This document shows positions 16,319-27,309 of a stretch of DNA of 64,000 nt, one piece after another (positions within the stretch are counted from its first letter, which is position 1; each line of letters begins with the position of its first letter). The position numbers were made by a program, and so were the translations under genes. Where the stretch lies: NCBI GenBank assembly GCA_902762565.1, contig CACWOS010000020.1, positions 25,235 through 89,234 on the forward strand, written 5' to 3'. This DNA comes from an uncultured Prevotellaceae bacterium. Lineage in GTDB: Bacteria; Bacteroidota; Bacteroidia; Bacteroidales; Bacteroidaceae. The notes under the pieces are model-generated. The model made no database searches and had not been told where the DNA came from. It worked only from the letters and a program-made list of their open reading frames with translations.

Positions 16319-17206
16319 ATGAACTGGATGAGATGCAGAAGAGGCCTCGCAATGGGGCTAATAATGATGCTTGCCACATGGCCAATAGGCTTGATGGCAC
16401 AGCGCTATCGTGTGGCTGCATGCGACTGGATGATGCTGAAACGACAAAAACTTGGCGAATTCAAGTTGGCTAGCGAGATAGGTGCCGATGGCGTAGAGAT
16501 GGATATGGGGCCGCTGGGCCAACGTGTGTTATTCGACAACAAGCTGCGCGACCCACACTTTCAGCAACTATTCCGCCATACAGCCGACAGCATAGGTGTT
16601 AAGGTGCCCTCAATAGCAATGTCAGGCTTCTTTGCACAAAGTTTTCTGAAGCGCGAGAACTATCGTGACTTGATTAACGACTGCCTGCAAACAATGGCAG
16701 TGATGGATTCGGAAGTAGCCTTTTTGCCCTTAGGTGGCAGCGGACACGAATGGAAGGAAAAGGGCGAGGCTCGCACGGAGCTGGTGCGACGCCTGCATGA
16801 AGTGGGCGAGATGGCTCGGCTGGCTGGCAAGGTCATCGCCATCCGTACGCAGCTAGACGCGCGCGCGAACATTAAATTATTAAAGGAGGTCAAGAGCGAT
16901 GGCATCAAGATCTACTATAATCTGCAGGATGCCGTAGACAACGGACGCGACCCTGCCAAGGAATTGATGCAGCTTGGTGCGAAACGGGTAGCTCAGATTC
17001 ATGCCTCGCTGACAGACAGCGTCACCCTTGACGTAGACCCTCGTATTGATATGTATCGCATCAAAAAGACTCTCGATGAGATGAACTGGAGCGGCTGGCT
17101 GGTCGTGGAACGTAGTCGCAACGCCAAGGATGTCAAGAACGTGAAAGGCAACTATGGCCGCAACGTTGCCTATCTGAAGAAGATATTTCAGGCGGGGAGG
17201 CCCTAA
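16319..17206 (+). CDS. Sugar phosphate isomerase/epimerase family protein (xylose-isomerase-like TIM barrel)
   Basis: YRVAACDWMMLKRQKLGEFKLASEIGADGVEMDMG and the overall length resemble the UlaE/SgbU-like TIM-barrel family. The N-terminus is signal-like. Confidence 0.65.
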   Translation: MNWMRCRRGLAMGLIMMLATWPIGLMAQRYRVAACDWMMLKRQKLGEFKLASEIGADGVEMDMGPLGQRVLFDNKLRDPHFQQLFRHTADSIGVKVPSIAMSGFFAQSFLKRENYRDLINDCLQTMAVMDSEVAFLPLGGSGHEWKEKGEARTELVRRLHEVGEMARLAGKVIAIRTQLDARANIKLLKEVKSDGIKIYYNLQDAVDNGRDPAKELMQLGAKRVAQIHASLTDSVTLDVDPRIDMYRIKKTLDEMNWSGWLVVERSRNAKDVKNVKGNYGRNVAYLKKIFQAGRP

Positions 17207-17242
17207 TGAATAGTGAATAGTGAAAAAGTGAATAGTGAATAT
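17207..17242. repeat. Heptamer array (GTGAATA type)
   Basis: tgaatagtgaatagtgaaaaagtgaatagtgaatat, directly after the stop at 17206. Confidence 0.85.
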
Positions 17243-17267
17243 AATATCAATTAAAAACTAATAGCTT

Positions 17268-18770
17268 ATGAAGATGAAACAATTAACAACAAGGAAGTTG
17301 TGCTCAATGGCTATCATAGCTTGTGGAGTGCTCTTCTTTGGATCTTGTGCTCAAGATGGATTCGATGACGAATCGTTTGAGACAAGTGTACGAAACACGC
17401 AAGTGGAAACGCCTACCGCTGACAAGATTACCATCAAACAGAACACTTCTGGAACGGAACAGATTATTTCATGGCCTGTCGTGTTAGGTGCTGGTGGCTT
17501 TGAATGTAAGGTTGTTGACGAGAGTGATGCTACGAATCCTGAGGTTATCTTCGAGGGCGTGGTTGATGGCTGTTCGTTCCGTGCCAAGCGTGAGGATGAT
17601 TCCAATTACCGCATTTATATTCGTGCCTTAGGTAATAAGAAGTATAATAACACCGATGCCACTACAACTACTGAGGTGGCTTACAGCACTATTGTCAAGC
17701 CTTATAAGGTGATACCCTCTGGCACAGACCTTGCTACGTTCTTCAAGGAGGAGCAGGTGCCAGAGAACACAATAGACGAAACAACCAAGGAATTGGTTGC
17801 TATAGCCTATAACTTAGAGGCCGGTGGTACATACACCATGTCCGACACGGTGTCGTTTGGTAATCGCAAGGTGTTGCTGTATTCTACGAAGGCCGGTGCA
17901 GACATCAAACTGACAGGTGAAAAGAATGCCCATTTCCAAATTCAAAATGGCTTTACGTTGCGTAACCTTCGCATTGATTGTGCTGAATCATCGGCATTAG
18001 GACTCATCAACTGCTCGGACACACCTGATGAGAGCGTTCCATTTAACGAGTCGTTGTTTACTTCAGCTGCAACTAAGGGTGATTATTTGATTGCGGAGCC
18101 TATTGAGGTGAAAAACTGTATGATTAAGGACCTAAAGAAAGCTCTTATTGCCTCCAGCGAGAAGAGTGCGTGGTGCTTGCTGACTCTCACAATCATGAAT
18201 AATATTATTCAGATGGATAACGAAAAGGACTATTTCCTGAATTTCTATGGCACTGGCAGTGGAAAGTCTTCAGCATTCAAGGAGCTGCTTATCCAGAACA
18301 ACACTATTTATAACCTACAGGAGAACTCAAGCCAGTTTGCCATCCGTTTCGGCAACGCTTCTAATGCCATTAAGCTTTTTGGTTCGAACAGCAATCCGGA
18401 AGTAGGGCGCTTTAAGTGGAGAATTTCTAATAACACCATCATGCGGGTCTTCGCAGGCAAGGCTTTTGGTAATAATCTACCCAACAATGCCTGTGTCATC
18501 AATATCATAACAGACAATATCCTGATAGATGACCTGCAGATTGAAAAGTATGCACTTGGCAATCAGACCAAGACTGCCTACAACAACTATCTCTTTGGTA
18601 TTATTAGCAATGTGTCCGCATCTGATGCAAAGTTTGGAACGGTGATGGATCCCGGTATCGTACCGCCTACCACCTCCTTAGACCTGACTCAGAAGAACGG
18701 TGGCCTGAATCTGACACCTTCCGGAGAGGTGTTTACAAGTGGAGCAGGTGATCCACGTTGGCTAAAATAA
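17268..18770 (+). CDS. PUL-associated surface lipoprotein, FN3-like N-terminus plus beta-helix-like region (DUF4957/DUF5123-like)
   Basis: Lipobox (FFGSCAQD), 500 aa, directly upstream of the SusC/SusD pair. The family call is tentative. Confidence 0.45.
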   Translation: MKMKQLTTRKLCSMAIIACGVLFFGSCAQDGFDDESFETSVRNTQVETPTADKITIKQNTSGTEQIISWPVVLGAGGFECKVVDESDATNPEVIFEGVVDGCSFRAKREDDSNYRIYIRALGNKKYNNTDATTTTEVAYSTIVKPYKVIPSGTDLATFFKEEQVPENTIDETTKELVAIAYNLEAGGTYTMSDTVSFGNRKVLLYSTKAGADIKLTGEKNAHFQIQNGFTLRNLRIDCAESSALGLINCSDTPDESVPFNESLFTSAATKGDYLIAEPIEVKNCMIKDLKKALIASSEKSAWCLLTLTIMNNIIQMDNEKDYFLNFYGTGSGKSSAFKELLIQNNTIYNLQENSSQFAIRFGNASNAIKLFGSNSNPEVGRFKWRISNNTIMRVFAGKAFGNNLPNNACVINIITDNILIDDLQIEKYALGNQTKTAYNNYLFGIISNVSASDAKFGTVMDPGIVPPTTSLDLTQKNGGLNLTPSGEVFTSGAGDPRWLK

Positions 18771-18818
18771 TGCTTCGCTAATTGATAATTGTAATAGTTA
18801 AATGATAAAAGAAAGAGT

Positions 18819-21800
18819 ATGAAACACAAGATATTTAACTTCTGCCTTGGACTGATGCTGATGTGCTCGACATCTGTCTTGGCACAGAACCAGACCGTGA
18901 CGGGTACTGTTGTCGATGAACTCGGTGAACCCGTTATTGGTGCTACAGTAACAGTGGAAGGTACAAAGACAGCCACCGTTACTGATCTGGATGGTAACTA
19001 TAAGATTGCTGCTCCTGCAGGAGCCAAGGTTGTTATCAGTTATATCGGCTATCTCTCGCAGACTGTCAAGCCTGGTGGACGGGTACAACTACAAGAAGAC
19101 AAGCAGACTCTAGAGGAGGTTGTAGTCGTTGGTTACGGCTCACAGAAGAAGGCTCACCTGACGGGTTCGGTTGCAACGGTCGACATGGATGATGTCCAGG
19201 ATTTGGCAAATGCAGGACTTGCCTCTTCACTGAGCGGACTGGTAAACGGTCTGGGTGTCAGTGGTGGTGATGGTCGTCCTGGTGAGCGTGCAACCATGAG
19301 CATCCGTGACGTCAGCTCGTTTGGCGAGATTGGTTCAACGGCTCAGGAGCCTCTATATGTTATTGATGGCTATATATATCCTAACGACGTCAAGGTTGGT
19401 AATGTGTCCCAGAACCTGGGCGCTGAGGCTTTCAACAACTTGGATGCTTCTGAAATTGAAAGCATCACCGTGTTGAAGGACGCATCCGCAGCAGTTTATG
19501 GTGCCCGCGCTGCCAATGGCGTCATCTTGGTTACTACTAAGAAAGGCAAAATGGGTGAGCCAACCATCAGTTATAGTGGCTCGTTTGGTTTTACCAATGC
19601 TATCAGCCATCCGGAAATGCTGAATGCCTATCAGTACGGACGTCTCTATAACGCTGTAGCAGCCAGAGAGATTGATGCCAACAATACGCTGAATGTCAAG
19701 ACCGCTCTCTTCCAGCCAGATGAGTTAGAGGCCATGAAGAGTCTGAACAACAATCTGTTGGACAAATACTGGGAGACAGGTATTAAGACCAAACATGCCG
19801 TAAATGTTAGCGGTGCAACGGAAAAGGTCAACTATTTTGCTGGCGTCAGCTACTTCAAGCAGGATGGTAACCTGGGTAAGCTGGACTACGACCGATGGAA
19901 CTATCGTGCGGGTGTCGATGTCAAGATTAGTAAGTGGCTGTCGGCCAACCTGACCGTCAGCGGTGATTATGGCAAGAAGAACAAGCCCTTGCTGAAGGTT
20001 GGTGGCACTAATGCGGAAAAGGACTACAATCTGCTGTTGAGTCGTCCATATTATATGCCTGAGTATGTTAATGGTTATCCTATTGTCTCTTATGGACCAT
20101 CTAATACACAGCAGAACCAAAATCAGCTGTACTCATTTGATGTCCTTCAGAACAATGGTGATTACAGCCGTAACATGTCGTCTAATAGCAATATCAATGC
20201 TAGTTTGAGCTACGATTTTGGATGGAGTAAAGTCCTGAAGGGCCTAAAGCTGAAGTTCTCCTATTCGAAGAGTATCAATACAGATAAGACCAACGAATAT
20301 GGTTCTGCCTTTGACATTTACCAGATGACCTCCCGCTTTGGCAGCGGCGCACATCTGTATACGCCCGTTTCGGCAGCAGACGACATAGACACCTATTATG
20401 CCGACAGTAACTTCAACAAGATAACAACAAACAATGGCGACTATCTGAGTCGTTCCATGATTCGCACGGACAACTACCAGATTAACTTCACAGCACAATA
20501 TGGCCGTGACTTTGGTAAGCATCATGTCAATGCACTCTTCTCCATAGAAAAGTCAGAGGCTGAGAGTGAGTATCTGGTAGGACAGGTCACACAGCCTTAT
20601 GAGTTCACTAGCGGACAGTCGAATTCTGCTACTGGCGAGCAGAGCACCACATTTACACGTTCAGAGAGTGGTACACTGTCATATATCGGACGACTCAACT
20701 ATGCATATGCCGACCGCTATTTGTTCGAATTCCTTTTGCGTGCCGATGCATCTACCAAGTTTGCTCCTGAGAACTATTGGGGCACCTTCCCTGCTATTTC
20801 TGCCGGTTGGGTGATTAGCGAGGAGCCTTGGTTCCAAAATATCAAGTCTCTCAAGTGGGTTGACTTCTTGAAGATTCGTGCCAGCTGGGGTCTTACTGGT
20901 CGTGACAACACGGCTGCCTGGCAGTGGATGAAAGTGTACGCACTGGACGCAAACCGTGGTGTTGTCTTCGGTGAAGGTACACAGAACGACAGCGGACGCC
21001 GTATCACGATTAACAAAACGAACTCAGCAGTCAATCCTGACGTACACTGGGACAAGTCTTACAAGACCAATATCGGTTTCGACCTGCAGGTGTTGAATAA
21101 GCGACTGGCCTTTACCTTCGACTACTATTATGAGAAGAACCGCGAGATGTTGCTCAATCTGATGCAGGATATTCCGGCAACAATCGGAACACAGTCGGCA
21201 GCCATGAATCTTGGCGAGATTAATAACTGGGGTTGGGAACTGGGTATTACCTGGCGAGATAAGATTGGTAAGGACTTCAAGTATCGTGTTGGCTTGAACA
21301 CAGGTTATTCGGATAACGAAGTACTCAATATGGACTGGGCAACAGAATATCTGTACCGCCAGATTACGCCAGGTAGTCGTACGGACATCGGGCGCTGGGG
21401 TATGCAGTGCATCGGTATGTTCCGCAGCTATCAAGAAATTGAGGAATATTTCGAGACCTATATGAAGAAGGATGACGGTACCTACGGAACCTATATGGGG
21501 TTGTCAAAGACCGACGTTCGTCCTGGTATGCTGATTTACAAAGATGTGCGTGGCGAGAAGGGTATTGGCGAGCCAGACCATAAGGTTGATAAGGATGACG
21601 ATCAGGTATGCCTGTCCAAGCGCAATAATCCGTATGGCTTCACTATCAATCTGAATGCTGAATGGAAAGGCCTGTCATTAACCACTCAGTTCAATGCCAG
21701 CTGGGGAGGCTACACCACTCTGCCCACTCAGGCAATTTCGCCCCAAGGCAGTTTGGAATACTATAATATGCCTTCTTTCTGGAATGTGGATAATATGTAT

Positions 21801-22154
21801 TCTTATTCTGATGTCATTGCCAAGGATGCCGACGGTAACGACTACTATCTTGTGAGGGCTAATCACGATGCCGTGTACCCCAACCTTGGTTACAGCATCA
21901 ACAGTGTTGCATCTACCTTCTGGCGCATTAGTTCTGCCCAGGTACGCATCAGCCGTCTGACGCTGGCTTATTCGCTGCCGAAGGAATGGTTCAAGAAGGT
22001 AGGCATCAAGAGCGCACGCATCAATGTGACAGGCCAGAACCTGATTAACTTCTACAATCCCTATCCTGATAAATTCATGAGTCCGATGGCCGGTACTTAT
22101 GGCACTTATCCCAATCTGCGTTCATGGACAGTGGGAGTGAACTTGTCATTCTAA
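18819..22154 (+). CDS. SusC/RagA-family TonB-linked outer-membrane protein
   Basis: Carboxypeptidase-regulatory-like start (VTGTVVDELGEPVIGATVTVEGTK..TDLDGNYKI), VVVGYGSQKK, a plug domain, and 1111 aa ending in F. Confidence 0.95.
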   Translation: MKHKIFNFCLGLMLMCSTSVLAQNQTVTGTVVDELGEPVIGATVTVEGTKTATVTDLDGNYKIAAPAGAKVVISYIGYLSQTVKPGGRVQLQEDKQTLEEVVVVGYGSQKKAHLTGSVATVDMDDVQDLANAGLASSLSGLVNGLGVSGGDGRPGERATMSIRDVSSFGEIGSTAQEPLYVIDGYIYPNDVKVGNVSQNLGAEAFNNLDASEIESITVLKDASAAVYGARAANGVILVTTKKGKMGEPTISYSGSFGFTNAISHPEMLNAYQYGRLYNAVAAREIDANNTLNVKTALFQPDELEAMKSLNNNLLDKYWETGIKTKHAVNVSGATEKVNYFAGVSYFKQDGNLGKLDYDRWNYRAGVDVKISKWLSANLTVSGDYGKKNKPLLKVGGTNAEKDYNLLLSRPYYMPEYVNGYPIVSYGPSNTQQNQNQLYSFDVLQNNGDYSRNMSSNSNINASLSYDFGWSKVLKGLKLKFSYSKSINTDKTNEYGSAFDIYQMTSRFGSGAHLYTPVSAADDIDTYYADSNFNKITTNNGDYLSRSMIRTDNYQINFTAQYGRDFGKHHVNALFSIEKSEAESEYLVGQVTQPYEFTSGQSNSATGEQSTTFTRSESGTLSYIGRLNYAYADRYLFEFLLRADASTKFAPENYWGTFPAISAGWVISEEPWFQNIKSLKWVDFLKIRASWGLTGRDNTAAWQWMKVYALDANRGVVFGEGTQNDSGRRITINKTNSAVNPDVHWDKSYKTNIGFDLQVLNKRLAFTFDYYYEKNREMLLNLMQDIPATIGTQSAAMNLGEINNWGWELGITWRDKIGKDFKYRVGLNTGYSDNEVLNMDWATEYLYRQITPGSRTDIGRWGMQCIGMFRSYQEIEEYFETYMKKDDGTYGTYMGLSKTDVRPGMLIYKDVRGEKGIGEPDHKVDKDDDQVCLSKRNNPYGFTINLNAEWKGLSLTTQFNASWGGYTTLPTQAISPQGSLEYYNMPSFWNVDNMYSYSDVIAKDADGNDYYLVRANHDAVYPNLGYSINSVASTFWRISSAQVRISRLTLAYSLPKEWFKKVGIKSARINVTGQNLINFYNPYPDKFMSPMAGTYGTYPNLRSWTVGVNLSF

Positions 22155-22181
22155 GTTATCAAGATTAAAGAACAATCGATT

Positions 22182-24398
22182 ATGAAACAAATAATAAAAT
22201 TTTTTAGTATTGGTTTGACAGCTGCATTAGCGTTCACCTCATGTAGCGATAAGTTTCTTGAGGACAAGAAGAACTATGACAACGCACAGTCAGATATCTA
22301 TAACTTCTATAGTGGTGCAAGCGCACGTTTGGCCGACCTATACAGTTGGTGTCTGCCTAATGTTGGTGATATTGCTTGGAACAACCCATCAATGGGTAGT
22401 AACGATATATGTGCAAAGGCTACTGAGGAGTATTCTGGGTTGAGCGATCTGGTTGATCCAGAGATAACTCTGGTATCTAACGCTCAGACGAATAGCGTTC
22501 CAGACTATTTCCAGCAGCAGCAGAATAATATTCAGGCGTCAGTATATGGTCGTATCCGCAATGTCAACGATTGTATTGAGGGCATTTCTGCAGGAACGCT
22601 TCCTAATGAGCAGAAGAACGAATTGTTAGGTCAGGCATATTTCCTGCGTGCATGGTGCTATTATAATCTGTTTAAATGGTATGGCGGCGTACCTCTCGTT
22701 AAAAAGACTGCTGACCCCGTGGCAACGAATGTCACTGAACGTTCTTCTTCAAAAGCTACGATGGAATTCATCCTCGAAGATCTAAAAACAGCCGTGGAGA
22801 TGCTTGGTACTAAGAAAATGAGTTCATCTAATTATGGTCGTGTCAGTGGCGGAACGGCACTTGCCCTGAAGGGACGTGTCCTGCTGTTGTGGGCAAGTCC
22901 ATTGTTCAATCGTAAGAACGAAACTTCTCGCTGGACTACAGCTTACGAGACGATGAAAGCTGACTTGGAGGGTATCGACGCTTGTGGTTATGGTCTATAT
23001 ACGAACAATGCTTCAGGTGCTGTAGGCGGTGCTTTCGCAGAAATGTTCCTGCAGTCAAGTTTCAATCAGGAAGCAGTCTTCATGACACTGTATAATCAAG
23101 TGGCCAATGACGACGGTCTCGATATTCAGAAGAACAACTCATGGGAACGCTCCATACGCCCCAGCAACACTGGCGGTGGCGGTAAGACGGCTTCTGCCTA
23201 TCTCATCAACCTCTTCCCGATGAAAGATGGTCGCCGTCCGTCGAATCTGGCTGATGCCGATGTCAATGGCGTTGACACCTATAGCAAACTGGAGGTGTCA
23301 ACTAAGACCTATAACCCAGAATTCCCGTTTGTTGACCGTGACCCGCGTTTTTATCATACGTTTGGGTTCCCAGGTTTCCGTTGGGCCTATAGTGGCGATG
23401 CGAGTCTGAAGGATGCTCGTAATCCCAGTGACGGTGCCAACTATACATTGTGGAACTATGTATGGTATGTTGATAAGGACGATGAAGGTAATATTGACAG
23501 TGGAAATTCCTTTGGTGCTGATAACTTGTTCTCCAGCAAGTGTGGTGTCTATGTACGAAAGAAGAGCGATGACCTTGACATCAATACCAAGCCGTTGTAT
23601 CAGTATATGGCAACCTATACAAAGGGTGCTGCTCCCTTCTTCTCTGCTGCTCCTCTTATTGAGATACGTTATGCAGAAGTGTTGTTGAACTTCGCTGAAG
23701 TGGCTTGTATGGCTGGTCACATGGATGAGGCTGTTGCTGTACTTCAGCAAATCCGTGCCCGTGCAGGCTATACGCCAGAAAACAATTATGGTCTGCAGGA
23801 CAATTTGACGACAGATCAGGCAACCTGTATGAGTGCTATTCTCTATGAACGTCAGATAGAGTTTGCCTACGAGGGTAAGCGTTTCGACGACATGCGCCGT
23901 TGGATGCTCTTTGACGGTGGTGCAACACTTCCAACAGGTGCTCCTGAGTCATGGAAACCGACAGGCTGGGGTGGCAATACCTGTACTTGGTTAGGTGTGG
24001 AGCCGCTAAATGGTCATGCTCGTCACAACATCGAGTTCCGTACAGCTAATAAGTATGGTGTAGGCGGAAAGACGCAAGAGGCTGAGAGCGATCCTTTGGT
24101 GAAGGCTGGCGTCATTAGGCCTGATGGTGTCGATCTGCGTAAGGCTGACGAGCTGGATGCACAAATAACAACACTGAAAAACTGGTATGCCGCCAATTTG
24201 AAGTTCCAGCGTAAACGTGGTGACGGATACTATCAGACAGGAACCAATGTCGGGCAGGACAAGGTTGTCAGCTTTAAACCGAAATATTATTTCTTTGGGC
24301 TAAGTAGTGGAGCACAGACAGGTAACAAGGCTTTACCTCAGACAATCGGTTGGGAAGCAACCTACAATGAAGCCACCTTCGACCCGTTGGCTGAGTAG
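22182..24398 (+). CDS. SusD/RagB-family nutrient-binding lipoprotein
   Basis: Lipobox (AFTSCSDKFLE), AYFLRAWCYYNLFKWYGGVPL, YAEVLLNFAE and ILYERQIEFAYEGKRFDDMRRW motifs. Confidence 0.95.
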   Translation: MKQIIKFFSIGLTAALAFTSCSDKFLEDKKNYDNAQSDIYNFYSGASARLADLYSWCLPNVGDIAWNNPSMGSNDICAKATEEYSGLSDLVDPEITLVSNAQTNSVPDYFQQQQNNIQASVYGRIRNVNDCIEGISAGTLPNEQKNELLGQAYFLRAWCYYNLFKWYGGVPLVKKTADPVATNVTERSSSKATMEFILEDLKTAVEMLGTKKMSSSNYGRVSGGTALALKGRVLLLWASPLFNRKNETSRWTTAYETMKADLEGIDACGYGLYTNNASGAVGGAFAEMFLQSSFNQEAVFMTLYNQVANDDGLDIQKNNSWERSIRPSNTGGGGKTASAYLINLFPMKDGRRPSNLADADVNGVDTYSKLEVSTKTYNPEFPFVDRDPRFYHTFGFPGFRWAYSGDASLKDARNPSDGANYTLWNYVWYVDKDDEGNIDSGNSFGADNLFSSKCGVYVRKKSDDLDINTKPLYQYMATYTKGAAPFFSAAPLIEIRYAEVLLNFAEVACMAGHMDEAVAVLQQIRARAGYTPENNYGLQDNLTTDQATCMSAILYERQIEFAYEGKRFDDMRRWMLFDGGATLPTGAPESWKPTGWGGNTCTWLGVEPLNGHARHNIEFRTANKYGVGGKTQEAESDPLVKAGVIRPDGVDLRKADELDAQITTLKNWYAANLKFQRKRGDGYYQTGTNVGQDKVVSFKPKYYFFGLSSGAQTGNKALPQTIGWEATYNEATFDPLAE

Positions 24399-24455
24399 TA
24401 CGGCTATTTAGTGACAATTCTTTGAAAAGTTCGTCTTATATATAAATATACGTAT

Positions 24456-27290
24456 ATGAGACGAACTTTTCTTTTGGCATTATTGGGATTTGCTTTCTCA
24501 TCAATGCAAGCTCAGTCGTTGGTAGAAACGCAACGACAATATCTGAGTGGACATGGGTGCGATGATATGGTGCAGTGGGACTTCTTCTGCACTGATGGCC
24601 GAAATAGTGGGAAATGGACAAAGATAGGTGTTCCTTCATGTTGGGAACTGCAGGGCTTTGGCACGTACCAGTATGGCATGCGCTTCTATGGCAAGGCTAC
24701 GCCAGAGGGTATTGCTGACGAGACAGGCAAGTACAAGACAGAGTTCACTTTGCCAAAGGAGTGGGTAGGTCGTCAGATAGAGCTTGTATTCGAGGCAGCA
24801 TTTACAGAGATTCGTGTACAAATCAATGGTCGTAAGGCTGGTAATGGTACTTATCAAGGAGGCTTTACGCGACATACGATAGACGTGTCTGATCGTGTGT
24901 TCTTTGGTACGAAAAAGAACCGTTTGGAGGTTGAGGTGCTGAAGGAAAGTACGAATTCACAGGTAAATCTGGCTGAGCGTCGTGCGGACTACTGGAACTT
25001 TGGAGGTATCTGGCGTCCTGTGTTTATTGTCAGTAAGCCTATTCAAAATATACAGCGTGTAGCAATTGATGCTAAGGCTGATGGTCGTTTTATGGCTCAT
25101 GTTTTCCTGAACAAGGCAGTATCTCAAGCTTCAGTATGTGTTGATGTTATCGACGCCAATGGAAAGAAGGTCGCTACTAGTCCAGCTTTCACGACTGCCA
25201 GCGACGAAGCTAAGGTTGACTTCAGCGTTAAAAGCCCCAAACTGTGGAATGCTGAGCAGCCGAACCTTTATACGGCAGTCTTTACATTGAAAACTTCAGA
25301 GGGCAAGACACTCCATGTAGAACGCCAGAAGTTCGGTTTCCGTACTATTGAATATCGTCACACATATAATGGTGATAAGGAGGATGGCGTGTTTATCAAT
25401 GGACAGAAGGTGATCTTCAAGGGTGTCAATCGTCATTCGTTCCGTCCAGAGACAGGTCGTACGCTGTCGAAGGCCAAGAATATTGAGGATGTCAAGCTGA
25501 TTAAGAGCATGAATATGAATGCCGTGCGCCTGAGCCACTATCCAGCTGACCCAGAGTTTCTGGACGCTTGCGACTCGCTGGGACTTTATGTGGAGTGCGA
25601 ACAGCCAGGTTGGCATTGGGCTCACGAAACGATTGTTGGCAGTCAAATAGTAGAGGAAATGGTGACACGCGACGTGAACCATCCATCCATCATTTTCTGG
25701 AGCAATGGTAATGAAGGTGGCTTCAACTACGAACTGGAGCCAGTCTTTGCGAAGTTCGACCCTCAACAGCGTGTGGTGCTCTATCCTTGGGCTAATCGCA
25801 ATGGTTTCGAAACCAAGCACTATCGTTCTTGGGGTGAGACGGCAGACTATATGCGCCAAAAGGAAATCTTCATGCCTACAGAGTTTCTGCACGGACTGTA
25901 TGATGGAGGTCATGGAGCTGGTCTAAAGGATTACTGGAAGTTGATGATGTCGAATCCTCGTTGTGCAGGCGGCTTCCTGTGGGACTTGATGGACCAGGCT
26001 GTTGTCCGTACGGACCAAAACGGCATTCTTGACCCCGTGGGTAACTTTGGCTCTGATGGTATCGTTGGTCCTCACATGGAAAAGGAAGGCTCGTTCTATA
26101 CCATCCGCGAGGTATGGAGTCCTGTGCAGTTTTCACGAAGCCTGACAGGTATAAGTGTCAGGAACGATTATTGCTTCATCAATCTTAAGGACTGCCGGTT
26201 CAGCTACAAACTGCTGGATATGCCTGCCTATGGCGAGAAGGATGTCAAAGTTGTCATGGAAGGCAAGCTCGCTTCGCCTGATGTTGCACCAGGCCAAACA
26301 GGTAAGTTGAACATTGATCTAAATAATAGAAAGTTTGATGCTGACGTGGTAGAAGTAACAGCAATAGACCCATACGGACATGAGATAATTACATGGAGCT
26401 ACAAGTACTGGACAAAGGCAGGCAACTTCAACAGACCCACACTGCGTAAGAATACGCAACAGTACTCGTACACAGAGGAGGGCGACCAGCTGTTGGTGAA
26501 GAACGGCCCGCGTCAATACACCTTCTCCAAGAAGACGGGTAGGTTGATGGGAGTCTCTGTAGGCGATAAAAAACTCTCGTTCAGCAATGGTCCCCGCTTT
26601 GTAGCCGCTAAGCGTGCTGACCGTTCACAGGATGGCTTTTACAACCACGACGACAAGCAAGCTTTCCAGAAGAAGACACAATATACGGAGTATGCCGATC
26701 AGGGTGCCTTTGACGGCTTTATCTTCAGCGACAGTACGCTGGTGGCTAACTATCAGCATGGTACTATCAATCAGGTGACTTGGCGTTTCCTCGCTGATGG
26801 CGGAGTCTATATGAACGTTGACTACTACTTTAACGGCATCGTTGACCTGATGGGCATATGTTTCGACTATCCTGAGACGATGGTGAAAAGCAAGCAATGG
26901 GTAGGCAAGGGGCCCTATCGCGTCTGGCAGAATCGTCAGGAAGGTCCACAATATGGCTATTGGCAGAACGACTACAACGACCCCATTCCTGGCGAGTCGT
27001 GGGACTATCCTGAATTTAAGGGCTATTTCTCGAATGTCAATTGGATGAAGCTGAATACCAGCGAAGGCGCCATCGGCATCGAGATGATGACAGGAAAAGT
27101 AGGCGTCTACACACCTCGTGATGGTCGAGACCATATTCTCTACAACCTGCCAGAGACAGGCATCTCTATACTGACGACCATTCCTGCTGTTCGCAACAAG
27201 GTGAATACGACAGATTTGAATGGTCCCAGCGCCCAACCCTATTGGAGCAAAGGGAAAGGAAGCATCAAAGCCATCCTGAGATTTGAATGA
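24456..27290 (+). CDS. Glycoside hydrolase family 2
   Basis: NAVRLSHYPADPEFLDACDSLGLYV, WSNGNEGG and the usual sugar-binding / Ig / TIM-barrel order. Confidence 0.9.
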   Translation: MRRTFLLALLGFAFSSMQAQSLVETQRQYLSGHGCDDMVQWDFFCTDGRNSGKWTKIGVPSCWELQGFGTYQYGMRFYGKATPEGIADETGKYKTEFTLPKEWVGRQIELVFEAAFTEIRVQINGRKAGNGTYQGGFTRHTIDVSDRVFFGTKKNRLEVEVLKESTNSQVNLAERRADYWNFGGIWRPVFIVSKPIQNIQRVAIDAKADGRFMAHVFLNKAVSQASVCVDVIDANGKKVATSPAFTTASDEAKVDFSVKSPKLWNAEQPNLYTAVFTLKTSEGKTLHVERQKFGFRTIEYRHTYNGDKEDGVFINGQKVIFKGVNRHSFRPETGRTLSKAKNIEDVKLIKSMNMNAVRLSHYPADPEFLDACDSLGLYVECEQPGWHWAHETIVGSQIVEEMVTRDVNHPSIIFWSNGNEGGFNYELEPVFAKFDPQQRVVLYPWANRNGFETKHYRSWGETADYMRQKEIFMPTEFLHGLYDGGHGAGLKDYWKLMMSNPRCAGGFLWDLMDQAVVRTDQNGILDPVGNFGSDGIVGPHMEKEGSFYTIREVWSPVQFSRSLTGISVRNDYCFINLKDCRFSYKLLDMPAYGEKDVKVVMEGKLASPDVAPGQTGKLNIDLNNRKFDADVVEVTAIDPYGHEIITWSYKYWTKAGNFNRPTLRKNTQQYSYTEEGDQLLVKNGPRQYTFSKKTGRLMGVSVGDKKLSFSNGPRFVAAKRADRSQDGFYNHDDKQAFQKKTQYTEYADQGAFDGFIFSDSTLVANYQHGTINQVTWRFLADGGVYMNVDYYFNGIVDLMGICFDYPETMVKSKQWVGKGPYRVWQNRQEGPQYGYWQNDYNDPIPGESWDYPEFKGYFSNVNWMKLNTSEGAIGIEMMTGKVGVYTPRDGRDHILYNLPETGISILTTIPAVRNKVNTTDLNGPSAQPYWSKGKGSIKAILRFE

Positions 27291-27309
27291 TGAATAAACA
27301 TTAAATGAT

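Noticed and set aside
25296-27236. Long antisense ORFs inside well-supported genes. Examples: 25296-25913, 26625-27236, 33132-33689, 35527-36099, 40154-40867, 42700-43344, 44069-44440, 55339-56001, 13001-13546.
   Set aside because: Each lies wholly within, and opposite to, a gene with clear family motifs. None has recognisable motifs.
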